A stretch of 64,000 nt of DNA from Vicinamibacterales bacterium (GCA_965197935.1 CBDAOD010000003.1:919171-983170); one strand, 5' to 3'. Counted from the stretch's first letter, positions 1 to 10,014 are shown. Made by a program: numbers and translations. The notes: generated by a model from the letters alone, not told the origin.

Positions 1-2
1 CG

Positions 3-224
3 ACGTTTGCAGCGGACACCACATTCGAGCGGCATTATTCCGTCGAGGAGCTTTGTGAGCAATGGAAGATGAGCGACGAGTTCATCCGTCGGCTGTTCCT
101 CCGCGAACCAGGCGTCGTTGTGTTCTCTCAGGCAAGGCCAGGTCGACGAGTGTATCGAACGTTGAGAATTCCGGAATCTGTTGCGAAGGACGTGCATCGG
201 CGGATGAGAAAAGAAGCGACGTGA
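3..224 (+). CDS. Partial small HTH DNA-binding protein, excisionase-like (5' end outside window)
   Basis: Read manually in frame 3: TFAADTTFERHYSVEELCEQWKMSDEFIRRLFLREPGVVVFSQARPGRRVYRTLRIPESVAKDVHRRMRKEAT*. Pattern resembles small excisionase-like HTH proteins of acidobacterial integrative elements; not in the ORF track. Confidence 0.6.
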   Translation, partial: TFAADTTFERHYSVEELCEQWKMSDEFIRRLFLREPGVVVFSQARPGRRVYRTLRIPESVAKDVHRRMRKEAT

Positions 225-242
225 ACGGCGTCGCCACACGAG

Positions 243-502
243 TGAAGTTGCCTCGAATTCGTGGACACCTGATCCTCTTTGCGAGGAGGGGGTATCCAGG
301 ATGCCGAGCACAAGGCCGCCGTATGCGGCGGTATTCCGGCAGCAGATGGTCGAGTTGGTCCGGTCGGGACGGACACCGGGCGAGTTGGCTCGGGAGTTCG
401 AGCCATCGGCCTAGACGATACGCAACCGAGTTGCGCAGGCTGAGCTCAATGCGGGCGAGTGCAGTGACGGCCTGCGCACCGAGGAGCGTGAGGAACTGCG
501 TC
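243..502 (+). pseudogene. IS3-family remnant: left end plus broken orfA
   Basis: TG-starting end TGAAGTTGCC...GTGGACACC at 243. ATG 301 gives MPSTRPPYAAVFRQQMVELVRSGRTPGELAREFEPSA*TIRNRVAQAE...EEREELR, with in-frame TAG at 412-414; sequence breaks off near 502; no orfB. Confidence 0.75.
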
Positions 503-533
503 CGTCAGTATCGAGCCGTTGGGTCCCCGAGCT

Positions 534-3173
534 CTACGAGTGCGACGACAGCAGTCGGATGACCCCAGCCGTCCCGTCGACTTCGACCCGCTGACCGTCG
601 TGCAGCCGGGTCGTCACCCGGTCGATGCCGACGACGCACGGTTTTCCGTACTCGCGGGCGATGACCGCGCCATGCTGCAGAACCCCGCCGACTTCGAGCA
701 CGACTGCTGCGACGCTCGTGAATAACGGGGTCCAACCCGGGTCGGTCGTGTAGGCGACCAACACGTCTCCCTTCCTGACCGGTGTCTCACGCGGGTTGCG
801 GATCACTTTCACCGGTCCGCGCGCGACTCCCGGCGACACGGCCATGCCGACGAGCTCGCCGGGCTTGCCCTCCTGCGGCGGCGGGCGCAGGATCCGGCCG
901 CGCGAGTCGATCACCTGCGGGAACTCCGTCACGTGGGCGGCGAGCCGCTTCGCGAAGCGGGTCCGCTCGGTGCGCCGCGCGCGTAGGTCCGACGCGGGAT
1001 CGTGGACGGCCGCCGCGAGGTCGCCAAGCGTCAGGTCGAAGACATCCTCGACCGCGTCGAGACGCCCCTCGGTCACGAGGCGTCGCCCCTCAATTAGGGC
1101 GCGCTTGCGAATCGCGTATGTGAGCATGACGGCGTGATACTTGGGCGTGTCGCGGGCTCCGCCGAACAGCTCGATGAGCCGGGAGACGCGTCGCAGCAGG
1201 GCTCGCCGCAGCCACCCCGAGCGCCGCCGTAGCTCTTCGGAGGCGCGCCGCCGGTCCTCGACGTTGCGCCGGTGCGCGACCTCCGGGTCGAAACCAGCCT
1301 CGTCGGCGGCCATGTAGGACATCTGCCGCAGCGCGAGCGTGAGGTCGTCGGCGTAGCGCGGGCTCGCAATATCCATTTCGTGCGGACCACGGCAGCCGAA
1401 GCGCCGGAGAAAGGTGTCCCACTCACTCAGGAACTCGGCCGGCATCCCGCGCTGGTCGATCCGCTCGGCCAGTGCCTCGACGTCACGAAAGTCGGAGCGC
1501 TCCAGCCGCCTGGCCAGTCGAAACAGCGCGAGCCCCTGCTCGACGACGAGGTTGCCCGTGAATCCCCGCCTCAGCCTGTCGGCCAGCGAGTTCATCTCCC
1601 GAGTCTTCTTCGGGATCAGAAAGTCGGGCGAGACCAGCCCGGCGAAGAGTGCGGGTAGCGTCACGCCGAACATCTCCCCCCACACCCGCTGCGTGTAGCT
1701 GCGTGCAAAGTCCTCGAGCGGCAGATCGTAGTTCAATCTCTCGGTGAACTCTTCTTCGAAGGCGTGGACGCTGCGCTGATACGCGCGCCGCGCGCGCTCC
1801 GGGGCCAGCAAGACCTCGAGCCCACTCCACAAGAGCCCACGCAGTGTCCAGAGCAGCCTGGGAATGAGCCGGAGCCGCAACCACGGAGGCCGGGTCGGCG
1901 CGCGGTGTTGCTCCGGGTCGATGTTGGCCAGGATCTGGCCCAGCAGGGCGTCCGTCAGGGCGGTGCTCCTCGCCATCGTCCTGGGGCTCATTCCCAGCCA
2001 CAGGAGGTTGGAGAGGTTCACGTAGAGACGGTTGCCAGCCGTGAACACGAGTCCGTCTACGGCCGAGACGTCCTGCATCCCGAGGAGCCCCCTCAGCGCG
2101 CTCGAGTACATGGCGTCGATCCAGGAGAGACCGGGCGAGGAGATCGGCTGGTTGGTGGTCAGGCCCTTCGACAGCGCCGCGTCGGCGTACAGCCGCCGGC
2201 GCTCGCCGGGGTCCGTCACCATCTCCGGCGGGAGTGGTACGTAGGTGGTGATGGGGCGCGCCTGCAGGACGTGGAGCCGCCCGCCCGCGTAGGCCCACTC
2301 GACGTCCATCGGTTCGCCGTAGAGCGTCTCGATACGGCGGAGCACGTCGGCCAGCTCGCGGAGTTGCGCGTGACTCAAGGTCGGATCCGTCGAGCGATCT
2401 TCCGTGCGCTCGACCGTGCCGCCGTCGGGGCCCAGACGGGTCGAGATCTGCTTGGACCCGAGCTTTGTCTGGACGAGCTCGCCGTTGACCTTGTCGATGA
2501 CGTAGTGGTCGGGCGACGCCAGATCCGCGACGACCGACTCGCCGAGCCCCCAGTTCGCGTCGACGACGGCCTCGTCGTAGTCGTTCGTCACCGGGTTCAG
2601 CGAGAACCCCACACCGGCGACGTCGCTATCGAGTTGCTGCTGTACGACCACGGCGATGCGCGGTGACAACACGTCGAAGCCATGCGCCCGCTTGTAGACG
2701 AACACGCGGTGGTCGAGGCTCGAGGCGAAGCAGCGTCTCACCGCGTCGTCCAGATCGGCCGGGCGAACGCCCAGTCGGCTCTCGTAGCCACCGGCGAACG
2801 AGGCGGTGGCCAGGTCTTCCTCCGGTGAGGATGAGCGCACCGCGAAGAGCACCTCGCCGCCCGGCCCCACGAGGTCGTGGCGCAGGTCGGCCAGGGCGCG
2901 TCGCTGAGCCGCCGTCATCGGAAGAGCGGGGCAGAGCGCCTTCAACTCGGCGCACAGGGCAGCCCACTGGTCCGGCGTCGCCTCGGCGAGCGCCTTCCAC
3001 GTCGCGGAGGTCTGAATCTCGTCGAACCAGGGCGCGAAGAATTCCGTCGTGAGCACGACGCCGGGCGGAACGCGCAGGCCCGCCCTGGCGATCCGGATCA
3101 GTGACGCGCCCTTGCCGCCGACCTCCGCCAGAGTCGGCTGCCCGGCGCCGGGGAACGAGACGACCAGGGTCAT
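534..3173 (-). CDS. PEP/pyruvate-binding (ATP-grasp) plus C-terminal His-swivel phosphotransferase, rifampin-phosphotransferase-like architecture
   Basis: N-terminal GGKGASL and AVRSSSPEEDLATASFAG motifs, EWAY/LQARPIT, C-terminal TTDPGWTPLF and GGVLQHGAVIAREYGKP. Start placed at ATG 3173 (MTLVVSF) to avoid overlap with the upstream gene. Confidence 0.85.
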   Translation of the reverse strand: MTLVVSFPGAGQPTLAEVGGKGASLIRIARAGLRVPPGVVLTTEFFAPWFDEIQTSATWKALAEATPDQWAALCAELKALCPALPMTAAQRRALADLRHDLVGPGGEVLFAVRSSSPEEDLATASFAGGYESRLGVRPADLDDAVRRCFASSLDHRVFVYKRAHGFDVLSPRIAVVVQQQLDSDVAGVGFSLNPVTNDYDEAVVDANWGLGESVVADLASPDHYVIDKVNGELVQTKLGSKQISTRLGPDGGTVERTEDRSTDPTLSHAQLRELADVLRRIETLYGEPMDVEWAYAGGRLHVLQARPITTYVPLPPEMVTDPGERRRLYADAALSKGLTTNQPISSPGLSWIDAMYSSALRGLLGMQDVSAVDGLVFTAGNRLYVNLSNLLWLGMSPRTMARSTALTDALLGQILANIDPEQHRAPTRPPWLRLRLIPRLLWTLRGLLWSGLEVLLAPERARRAYQRSVHAFEEEFTERLNYDLPLEDFARSYTQRVWGEMFGVTLPALFAGLVSPDFLIPKKTREMNSLADRLRRGFTGNLVVEQGLALFRLARRLERSDFRDVEALAERIDQRGMPAEFLSEWDTFLRRFGCRGPHEMDIASPRYADDLTLALRQMSYMAADEAGFDPEVAHRRNVEDRRRASEELRRRSGWLRRALLRRVSRLIELFGGARDTPKYHAVMLTYAIRKRALIEGRRLVTEGRLDAVEDVFDLTLGDLAAAVHDPASDLRARRTERTRFAKRLAAHVTEFPQVIDSRGRILRPPPQEGKPGELVGMAVSPGVARGPVKVIRNPRETPVRKGDVLVAYTTDPGWTPLFTSVAAVVLEVGGVLQHGAVIAREYGKPCVVGIDRVTTRLHDGQRVEVDGTAGVIRLLSSHS

Positions 3174-3240
3174 CGTTATCGTTTCGGGTCGGTCCCGGGG
3201 ACGCGGCCTCACGACCGAGGAGGGGCCCGGCAAGCCGGTG

Positions 3241-4065
3241 TCAGCGGTCGCCCACCTCCTCGATGAAGCCTCGAATCGGTTCCCAGTAGCTCTCGTCGTC
3301 GTCGGCGTAGAAGTCGTTGTGATCCGCACCGTATAGGGTGACGAAGCGCTTCTCGGTCCTCAGGCCGTCGAACAGCCGTCGGCCCTGCTCGAACGGGACG
3401 ATCGTATCCGCGTCGCCGTGAACCACCAGCACCGGTCGATCCAGGCTCCGCAGGAACGAGGCCGTGGGAAAGCGGTAGCTGGAGAAGAGACTCAGAATCT
3501 TGAGGACCGGGTCGCGACTCAGGAGCGACCGCGCGCTGGGAAACGATGATTCGAGGATGAGGGCGTCCGGCGTCTCGACCGTGGTCGCGTAGGCGGCGAA
3601 CACGCCCCCGAGCGATCGCCCCCAGTAGACGACCGTGGTCTCGGGCCGGTGCAGCCTCTCGAAGAAGCGCGCGACCAGGGCGTCGGTGTCCCGGTAGAGA
3701 CCCTGCTCGGAGGGAGAGCCGGTGCTCGTGCCGTAGCCGCGATAGTCGAGTGCCAGGACGCTGAGCCCCTGGCGGGAGATCCCGGCGAGGATGTCGACCC
3801 AGAGCGAGAGGTTGCCGCCGTTGCCGTGCCAGAACACGACCTCGGCCCTCGGCTCGGGGTGCGGGAGCCACCACGCCGACACCGTCTCTCCGTCGCTGGT
3901 CTCCAGCGAGATCTCTTCGTACGGGATCCCGAGGTCGGTCGGAGTCGCCTGCACCCCCGGGAGCGGATAGAACGCGACATGGCGCTCGAGCACCGACACG
4001 AGCAGCTTCAGCACGACGATGCCGGCCAGCGTGATGAGGACGTACGGCAGCACGGTTCGCGCCAT
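3241..4065 (-). CDS. Alpha/beta hydrolase (ABHD/BEM46-like) with N-terminal membrane anchor
   Basis: HGNGGN, DYRGYG, nucleophile elbow GRSLGG, HGDADTIVP, GADHND. Confidence 0.9.
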   Translation of the reverse strand: MARTVLPYVLITLAGIVVLKLLVSVLERHVAFYPLPGVQATPTDLGIPYEEISLETSDGETVSAWWLPHPEPRAEVVFWHGNGGNLSLWVDILAGISRQGLSVLALDYRGYGTSTGSPSEQGLYRDTDALVARFFERLHRPETTVVYWGRSLGGVFAAYATTVETPDALILESSFPSARSLLSRDPVLKILSLFSSYRFPTASFLRSLDRPVLVVHGDADTIVPFEQGRRLFDGLRTEKRFVTLYGADHNDFYADDDESYWEPIRGFIEEVGDR

Positions 4066-4272
4066 CGTTGGGGGGAGAGTTCAGCCTCCCGATATTATTG
4101 CTCGTTGCGCTCGGCCCGGCAGGCGCCCCACGGTCGTCGCCGTCCTGGCCGGCGTCGCTGTCCTCGAAACGGCGCGGGGCCTCTGCCGGCAAGCGGCAGG
4201 CCGTTCGCACCTGTCGTCTCCAGCCGCCGGGCCGACCGCAGCGGTCGTGGGGCGCATGGTACACTGCACCAC

Positions 4273-4881
4273 ATGCTCTACATGGCGCCGGTACCCTGGC
4301 TTCGTGTGCTGGGGGTCGTGGGCGGCCTGGCCGAGGCGGCCGCGCGGTTTCGCGCGCCGAGCCCGCCGCCCGGCGCGCCGGTGCCGGGCGGGTCCGCGAT
4401 CACGCAGCTCGAGGAGCGGCTGGCCGGCGTCGTCGTGGCGGCGTTGAAGGAGGCCTTCGACCGCGATCGGGCGCGGCTCGATCTCGAGCGAGACCAGATC
4501 GACGCCGAGCGCAGGCGCGTCGAGGAGGCGCTCCGGCTGGAGACCGTCCGCCAGGTCGCGGAGCAGGCCTCGAGTCAGCTCCGCCTGCTCGTCCTGACCA
4601 GCGTCGCGATCTGGCTGGCCTCGGCGGGCCTCGCGGTCTGGCTGCCGACGATGCGTGAGTCCGTCTCGAAGATCCTGCTCTCGGCCGGATGGGGTGCGCT
4701 TACCCTGGCGATCGCGTGCGCGTTCCTGGGATACAACCGCGTGGCGAGCTGGCTGGCCGTCTCGGGGCAGGCTGGCGCCGTCGAGGGCGAGCCCGCCCGT
4801 GGATGGATGTCGACGGCGAGCCCCGGGTTGCTGATCGTCGGGTTCGGGCTCGTCGCGGGCAGTCTGATTGCCGCGTTGTGA
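4273..4881 (+). CDS. Hypothetical membrane protein (coiled coil plus three C-terminal TM helices)
   Basis: LEERLAGVVVAALKEAFDRDRARLDLERDQ coiled region followed by hydrophobic helices; start chosen at ATG 4273 inside a longer ORF. Confidence 0.7.
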   Translation: MLYMAPVPWLRVLGVVGGLAEAAARFRAPSPPPGAPVPGGSAITQLEERLAGVVVAALKEAFDRDRARLDLERDQIDAERRRVEEALRLETVRQVAEQASSQLRLLVLTSVAIWLASAGLAVWLPTMRESVSKILLSAGWGALTLAIACAFLGYNRVASWLAVSGQAGAVEGEPARGWMSTASPGLLIVGFGLVAGSLIAAL

Positions 4882-4909
4882 GGGGCGTCGCCCCGGAGCC
4901 GCCGGACCC

Positions 4910-5320
4910 CTACCCCTTCCGCTTCGACATCTTCTCGATCTCGGCCCACTCCCGATCGCTCACCGGCATGACGGACAGCCGCGGCACGCGTGTCAGCGGA
5001 AAGGACGCGAAGACCGTCCGTGCCTTGACCTCGGCCAGCGTGACCGGACGGGCGAGCTTCTTCACGGGCACGATGTCGACCGTGACCCTCCGACCGGTCT
5101 CGTCGGCCGGGTCCGGGTAGGCGTTGGTCACCGCCTTCGCGATGCCCACGACCGCCTTCTCGTTGCCCGTGTGATAGTAGAAGATGCGGTCGCCCTTCTT
5201 GACGGACCGGAGATGCTTCTGGGCGGCGGGGTTCCTGACACCGGTCCACTCGGTCCGTCCATCCGCGACGAGCGCATCGAAGTTGTAGCTCGACGGCTCT
5301 TCCTTGAACAGCCACTGCAT
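4910..5320 (-). CDS. EVE domain protein
   Basis: WLFKEEP, WTGVRN..A, GDRIFYYHTG, RLSVMPV motifs; 136 aa. Confidence 0.92.
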   Translation of the reverse strand: MQWLFKEEPSSYNFDALVADGRTEWTGVRNPAAQKHLRSVKKGDRIFYYHTGNEKAVVGIAKAVTNAYPDPADETGRRVTVDIVPVKKLARPVTLAEVKARTVFASFPLTRVPRLSVMPVSDREWAEIEKMSKRKG

Positions 5321-5364
5321 CGGCGGGTGCCTCCTCGGAGGGTATTCTACCGGGTGACCGGGCC

Positions 5365-5985
5365 ATGAGGATGGCGGCGCCGGCGGACCGGGGCTACGAG
5401 GCCCGCCGGCTGCGGGACCACATTCGTCCCGACGTGCGCGTCCTGTTCGTGGGCATCAACCCGGGAGTCAGGTCGGCCATGACCGGGCATCATTTCGCCG
5501 GTCACGCGAACCGGTTCTGGAAGCTGCTCCACGAGTCGGGTCTGCTGCCCTCGCGGATCTCCTTCGAGGATGACGGGCGCCTCCCCGGCTGGGGGTACGG
5601 GATCACCAACCTGGTCGCCCGGCCCAGCCCGGGCATCGACACCCTGACGCCGGCCGACTACCAGGCGGGAAAACGACGCCTGCTCTCGAAGATCCGGCGC
5701 CACCGACCGCGGGTCGTGGCGCTCACGGGGGTGACGCTCTACCGTGCGTTGTTCCGGGAGTCGCTCGCGCCGCGGCGGGAGGCGACCGGGCGTCGGGTGT
5801 CGCGGGGCGGGGGCGCGGGTGGCGGCGGGCGGCCGTCGGTGGTAGGGCTGCGGCCGGAGCGCATCGCCGGGGCGCAGGTGTTCGTCCTCCCGAATCCGAG
5901 CGGGCGCAACGCGCACTATTCCTACCGCGACATGCTGAGCGCGTTCCGGGCGCTCCGCCGCCATCTCGACACGCTGGAGCCGTGA
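5365..5985 (+). CDS. mug: Mismatch-specific uracil-DNA glycosylase
   Basis: VLFVGINPG, GHHFAGHANRFWKLL, GITNLVARP, LPNPSGRNA. Confidence 0.9.
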   Translation: MRMAAPADRGYEARRLRDHIRPDVRVLFVGINPGVRSAMTGHHFAGHANRFWKLLHESGLLPSRISFEDDGRLPGWGYGITNLVARPSPGIDTLTPADYQAGKRRLLSKIRRHRPRVVALTGVTLYRALFRESLAPRREATGRRVSRGGGAGGGGRPSVVGLRPERIAGAQVFVLPNPSGRNAHYSYRDMLSAFRALRRHLDTLEP

Positions 5986-5991
5986 GGGCCG

Positions 5992-7053
5992 ATGTCGAGC
6001 TCCCCCCGCCATCTGGTGGTCAGGGTCGATGCCAGTCCCCGCATCGGGACGGGTTACTTGACGCGTTGCCTCGCCCTGGCGGAGGCGTGGCCGGCGCCGG
6101 GCGGTGGTGTCACGTTCGTCGGCCGGTGCGAGGGACGCGGCCTCGAGGACCGCGTCCGCCGGATTGGCGCCAGCCTCGTGCCGCTTCCCGCCGACCGGGA
6201 TCCCGCCGAGGACCTGGCGCGGATGCTCCACACGTTGGGTCGCGCGCCGGGCGCGCGGTGCGTGCTCGACGGCGCGCATCACGATGCCCACGACCAGGCC
6301 GCGATCCGAGCGGCCGGCCATCGGCTACTCGTCATCGACGACGTCGTGCGGCTGCCGCGCTATCACGCCGACCTCCTGCTGAATCAAAACGTCAACGCGT
6401 CGGAGTGCGGCTACGACGTCGACGCCGAGACGGTCATCCTGCGCGGCCCACGATACGCGCTGCTCCGGTCCCGGTTCCTGCGATGGCGCGGACGCGCCCG
6501 GGAGACCGTCCGCACCGCCCGCAGGATCCTCGTCACGATGGGCGGCGCCGACGCCGACAACGTGAGCCTGCGGGTTCTCGAATCGATCCACGGGGAGACG
6601 GGGTTCGAGGTGAAGATCGTGGCCGGACCCGCGAATCCTCACGTCGCGTCGCTGCGACGCGCCGCCGGATCCGCGTGCGAGGTCGTGACCGACCCGAGCG
6701 ACATGGCCGCCCTCATGGCCTCGAGCGCTCTCGCAGTCTCGGCGGCCGGAAGTACCTGCCTCGAGCTGGCGTGCCTGGGTGTCCCGGCGGTCCTGCTCGT
6801 GACCGCCGCGGATCAACCCGGGGCGGCGGCCGGGTGGCATGCGTCCGGGACGGCCGTGAGCCTGGGCTGGCACCACGACGTGCCCGACGCGCACCTCGGC
6901 GAGACCATCGTCGGCCTGGCGGCCGACCGGCCGGCGCGGCTCGAGATATCCCGGCGGGGCCCGGATGTCGTCGATGGGCGGGGCGCCGGGCGTGTCGTCG
7001 AGGCCCTCCTTGGGTTGGATGACCGGGCGAAGGACCGCCTGCCGCGCGGGTGA
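5992..7053 (+). CDS. PseG/SpsG-family UDP-sugar hydrolase (GT-B fold)
   Basis: RVDASPRIGTG(Y)LTRCLALA, VIDD, DLLLNQN, LRGPRYALLR..F, ILVTMGGAD, SAAGSTCLE; the expected His after GTG is Tyr. Confidence 0.8.
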   Translation: MSSSPRHLVVRVDASPRIGTGYLTRCLALAEAWPAPGGGVTFVGRCEGRGLEDRVRRIGASLVPLPADRDPAEDLARMLHTLGRAPGARCVLDGAHHDAHDQAAIRAAGHRLLVIDDVVRLPRYHADLLLNQNVNASECGYDVDAETVILRGPRYALLRSRFLRWRGRARETVRTARRILVTMGGADADNVSLRVLESIHGETGFEVKIVAGPANPHVASLRRAAGSACEVVTDPSDMAALMASSALAVSAAGSTCLELACLGVPAVLLVTAADQPGAAAGWHASGTAVSLGWHHDVPDAHLGETIVGLAADRPARLEISRRGPDVVDGRGAGRVVEALLGLDDRAKDRLPRG

Positions 7054-7126
7054 CCCGCCGAAAGTCGGGCCGCGGTGCATGCTACACTCGGATGACCGCC
7101 ACTCGCGCGGGTCGACGGCCCGGCAC

Positions 7127-7216
7127 GGAGAGATGTCCGAGTGGTTGAAGGAGCACGCTTGGAAAGCGTGTGTAGGGGAAACTCTACCGTGGGTTCGAAT
7201 CCCACTCTCTCCGCCA
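7127..7216 (+). tRNA. tRNA-Ser (GGA)
   Basis: GGAGAG acceptor stem, anticodon arm CACGC-TTGGAAA-GCGTG, long variable arm, GGTTCGAATCC T-arm, encoded CCA. Confidence 0.97.
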
Positions 7217-7275
7217 ACTTTTCAGAACCACGTCTTTTCTTAAGAAATAATCCGTTCTTGACTCCTCAAACGGCC

Positions 7276-7322
7276 TGAGTGACATTCTTGAGTGACATTT
7301 TGATCGTCCTCAGGGTCACTCG
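7276..7322. repeat. Short direct and inverted repeats next to the tRNA 3' end, like integrase arm-type sites
   Basis: TGAGTGACATT at 7276-7286 and 7289-7299, plus inverted GTCACTCG at 7315-7322, in a lower-GC patch. Confidence 0.5.
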
Positions 7323-7460
7323 ACATGGGGGACATCTGCCGAGATCCGCCCGACACAACAGTTACGACGACTTCACACACGCATCTGCCCCTGTTTCCTG
7401 TGGGTGTCGCTGGTCACGTGAAGAGTGAAGGACCCGAGGCTTCAAAACTCGCCAGCCTAG

Positions 7461-8874
7461 TACTACTTTGTTAGATCCGCAAGTGCACCGACTTTAGCGC
7501 CTCGATGCGCTTCAGGTAGAACGGCCGTGGAGCAAAGAGGTACGCGGTGAAGATTTCCTGCACGATCGCGCGGGCCACTGGAAAGGTGAGCCCGGCGAGG
7601 TGCCGCCGCCGCTCGGCCTGCAGGAAGTTGTACGTCACGGCGGTGAGCACGACGTGATGGTGCCAGCCCGGGAACGTGCGGCCTTCGAAGTGATCCAACC
7701 CGAGGTGGGGCTTCAACTCTTGGTACTGCTGCTCGATGGCCCACCGCTGATGCGCGAGTCGGACGAGCTGCGGCCAGGAGGTGGTGGCCGGCAGGTTGAC
7801 GAAGAAGTATTTGGTCCGCGGCGTCGCGCCCGTGTCGCGTTCGGCCAGCAGCCACACCTCGGGGGCGAGCCGGCGGTCGCGCCAGTCGTGGGCCGGGGTC
7901 ACCCGCAGGGCCACACACTGGACCGTCCAGCGGCGCCCGCCGCGGCGGTTGCGCCAGCTGATGGGCCGCCACCGCGGCTGCGCCTTGGCGGCCTGGGCCA
8001 CCGTGTACGCCCGCCCGCCCGCCGCCAGGTCTGGCCGGGTGCGCGGGCGCCCCAGCCGGCCGCCCCGCCGGTGCCCGAGGCGCGGCCGCCCCAGGAACAC
8101 GGTCTGCGACGAGGAAATCCCCACCGCATAGGGGAGCCGCAACCGATGCCACATGGCCCGAAACAGGCCGGTATCGCCAAACTCCGCATCGGCCAGCACG
8201 CCGGTGCCGGTGAGGCCGCTGGCGCGCACCTGCCGGAGCAGGGTGAGCGCTTGGCGCCACTTCGCCTGCAACCGGACACCCCGGGGAAGCCGCGCCCGAT
8301 CGCGGGCGGCGTCGGTCAGCCACGCCTCGGGCACATAGAGCGCGGCCCCCAGCAAGTAGGCGCGCAGCCCGGTCCACAGCGCCGCGGTGACCGCCACTTG
8401 GCCATTGGCGACTTTCCCCACGGCCCCACAGTACTGGCGGGCCACCCCGACCGAGGACGTCCCTGGCTTGGGGAAACTCGTGCCAGCGAAGATCACCAGC
8501 CCTTCGCGTTCGGGCAGCACCGCCCGCAGGCAGCGCCAGACGCCGTCGGCACTCCACGGCGCATCGGTGATGAAGTGTTGGAACGCTTGATAGCCCCCGG
8601 GATCGGTCCCCCGCGCCAGCATCGCTTCCATCGACTTGCGCGGGCTGTCGCTGAGCAACCCCTGGACGTACCGGCGCAACGCCAGCTCCTGTGCGCGCTG
8701 GCCGAAGCACGCCTTGAAGGCCTCGAGCCATCTCATCAGGCGACGCAACTGCCCCACCGTGCGGCGGTCGTGCACTACCGCGCAGGGTCCCGAATTCGCC
8801 GGAAAAGTACAATGTCCTCAAATTAGATCGCTTGTCGGATCTCGCCCAAATTGTGCGATCTAAACAAAGTAGTA
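7461..8874 (-). mobile_element. IS701-family element, copy 1 (transposase 7471-8775)
   Basis: Terminal IRs TACTACTTTGTTAGATC, CTAG target duplication at 7457-7460 and 8875-8878; 434-aa transposase with SVGVARQY, VLADAEFG, RWAIEQ, GLDHFEGR. Confidence 0.95.
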
Positions 8875-8877
8875 CTA

Positions 8878-10014
8878 GTGTAGTGTCCCTGAAATACCAT
8901 TACACATCAACGACCTGCGTGCAATATAGGCGGGATGAATGATGCCGCCGCCGCTCTGTCCATGGCCGCGAAGGATCGGCGACTCCTGGAACAGTGGGCC
9001 CGTAGTACGTCGGCCCCGCATCGGGTAGTCATCCGCGCGAAGGCGTTGCTGCTGGCGACCGAGGGGGGTTCCAACAGCCGCATTGCCGCGACCGTGGACG
9101 TCAGCCGGCCGACCGTGCTGGCTTGGCGCGACCGGTTTGGAGAGGAGGGCGTTGATTCGGTGTTCGAGATGCGTGAGGGGCGCGGGCGCAAACCGACGAT
9201 CAGTGCGCGCAGGGTCAAAGCCATCGTCCACGCAACGTTGCACCGCACGCCACCGGGGGCGACCCCCTGGAGTTGTCGCACGATGGCGAAGGCGCAGGGG
9301 GTCAGTCGCTCGACCGTGCAGCGGATCTGGGACGCGCATGGCCTCCAGCCCCATCGAGTGGAGACGTTCAAGCTGTCGACCGATCCCGCGTTCGTGGAGA
9401 AGCTGACGGACGTCGTGGGGCTGTACATGAATCCGCCCGAGAAGGCCGTCGTGCTGTGTGTGGACGAGAAGAGTCACATTCAGGCGCTGGACCGGACGCA
9501 GCCCGGGCTGCCGATGAAGAAGGGCCGCTGTGGGACACTCACGCATGACTACAAGCGCCACGGGACAACGACCTTGTTCGCCGCGCTGAACATGCTGACC
9601 GGGCAGGTCATCGGCGAGTGCCACGGCCGGCATCGGCATCAGGAGTTCCTGAAGTTTCTTCGCCAACTCCACCGCGCGTTCCCCTCTCGCCTCGACCTCC
9701 ACCTCATTCTGGACAACTACGGCACGCATAAACATCCGACCGTGCGGGCCTGGCTGGCGGCCCATCCGCGCTTCACGCTCCACTTCACCCCTACCGGCGC
9801 ATCGTGGCTCAACCTCGTCGAGAGTTGGTTCAGCCAGCTCACGCAGAAACGCATCCGCCGCGGGGTGTTTTGCAGTGTCGACGAACTCGTCGCCGCCATC
9901 AACGATTACCTCCAGCGCTACAACGACAACCCCCAACCCTTTGTCTGGACCGCGACGGTCGATACGATTCTAGAGAAGGTTGGGAAGTGCAAAGTTATTC
10001 TTGGGACACACCAC
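8878..10014 (+). mobile_element. IS630-family element (transposase 8935-10017)
   Basis: HTH region, then VLCVDEKS, HDYKRHGTT, LILDNY, SWLNLVESWF. Imperfect IRs GTGTAGTGTCCCTGAAATA / GTGGTGTGTCCCAAGAATA; TA duplication at 8876-8877 and 10015-10016. Confidence 0.95.

Noticed and set aside
62-562. 166-aa track ORF and the many other Arg/Pro/Ala-rich overlapping ORFs
   Set aside because: Off-frame or antisense shadows of better-supported genes
3220-3240. GGGGCCCGGCAAGCC upstream of the RPH-like gene as a rifamycin-associated element
   Set aside because: Only partial similarity and not the 19-bp inverted repeat
7463-8826. 452-aa alternative-frame and 408-aa antisense ORFs in every IS701 copy as real overlapping genes
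   Set aside because: Arg/Gly/Ala/Pro-rich with no motifs; expected shadows of a very GC-rich gene, repeated only because the element is repeated
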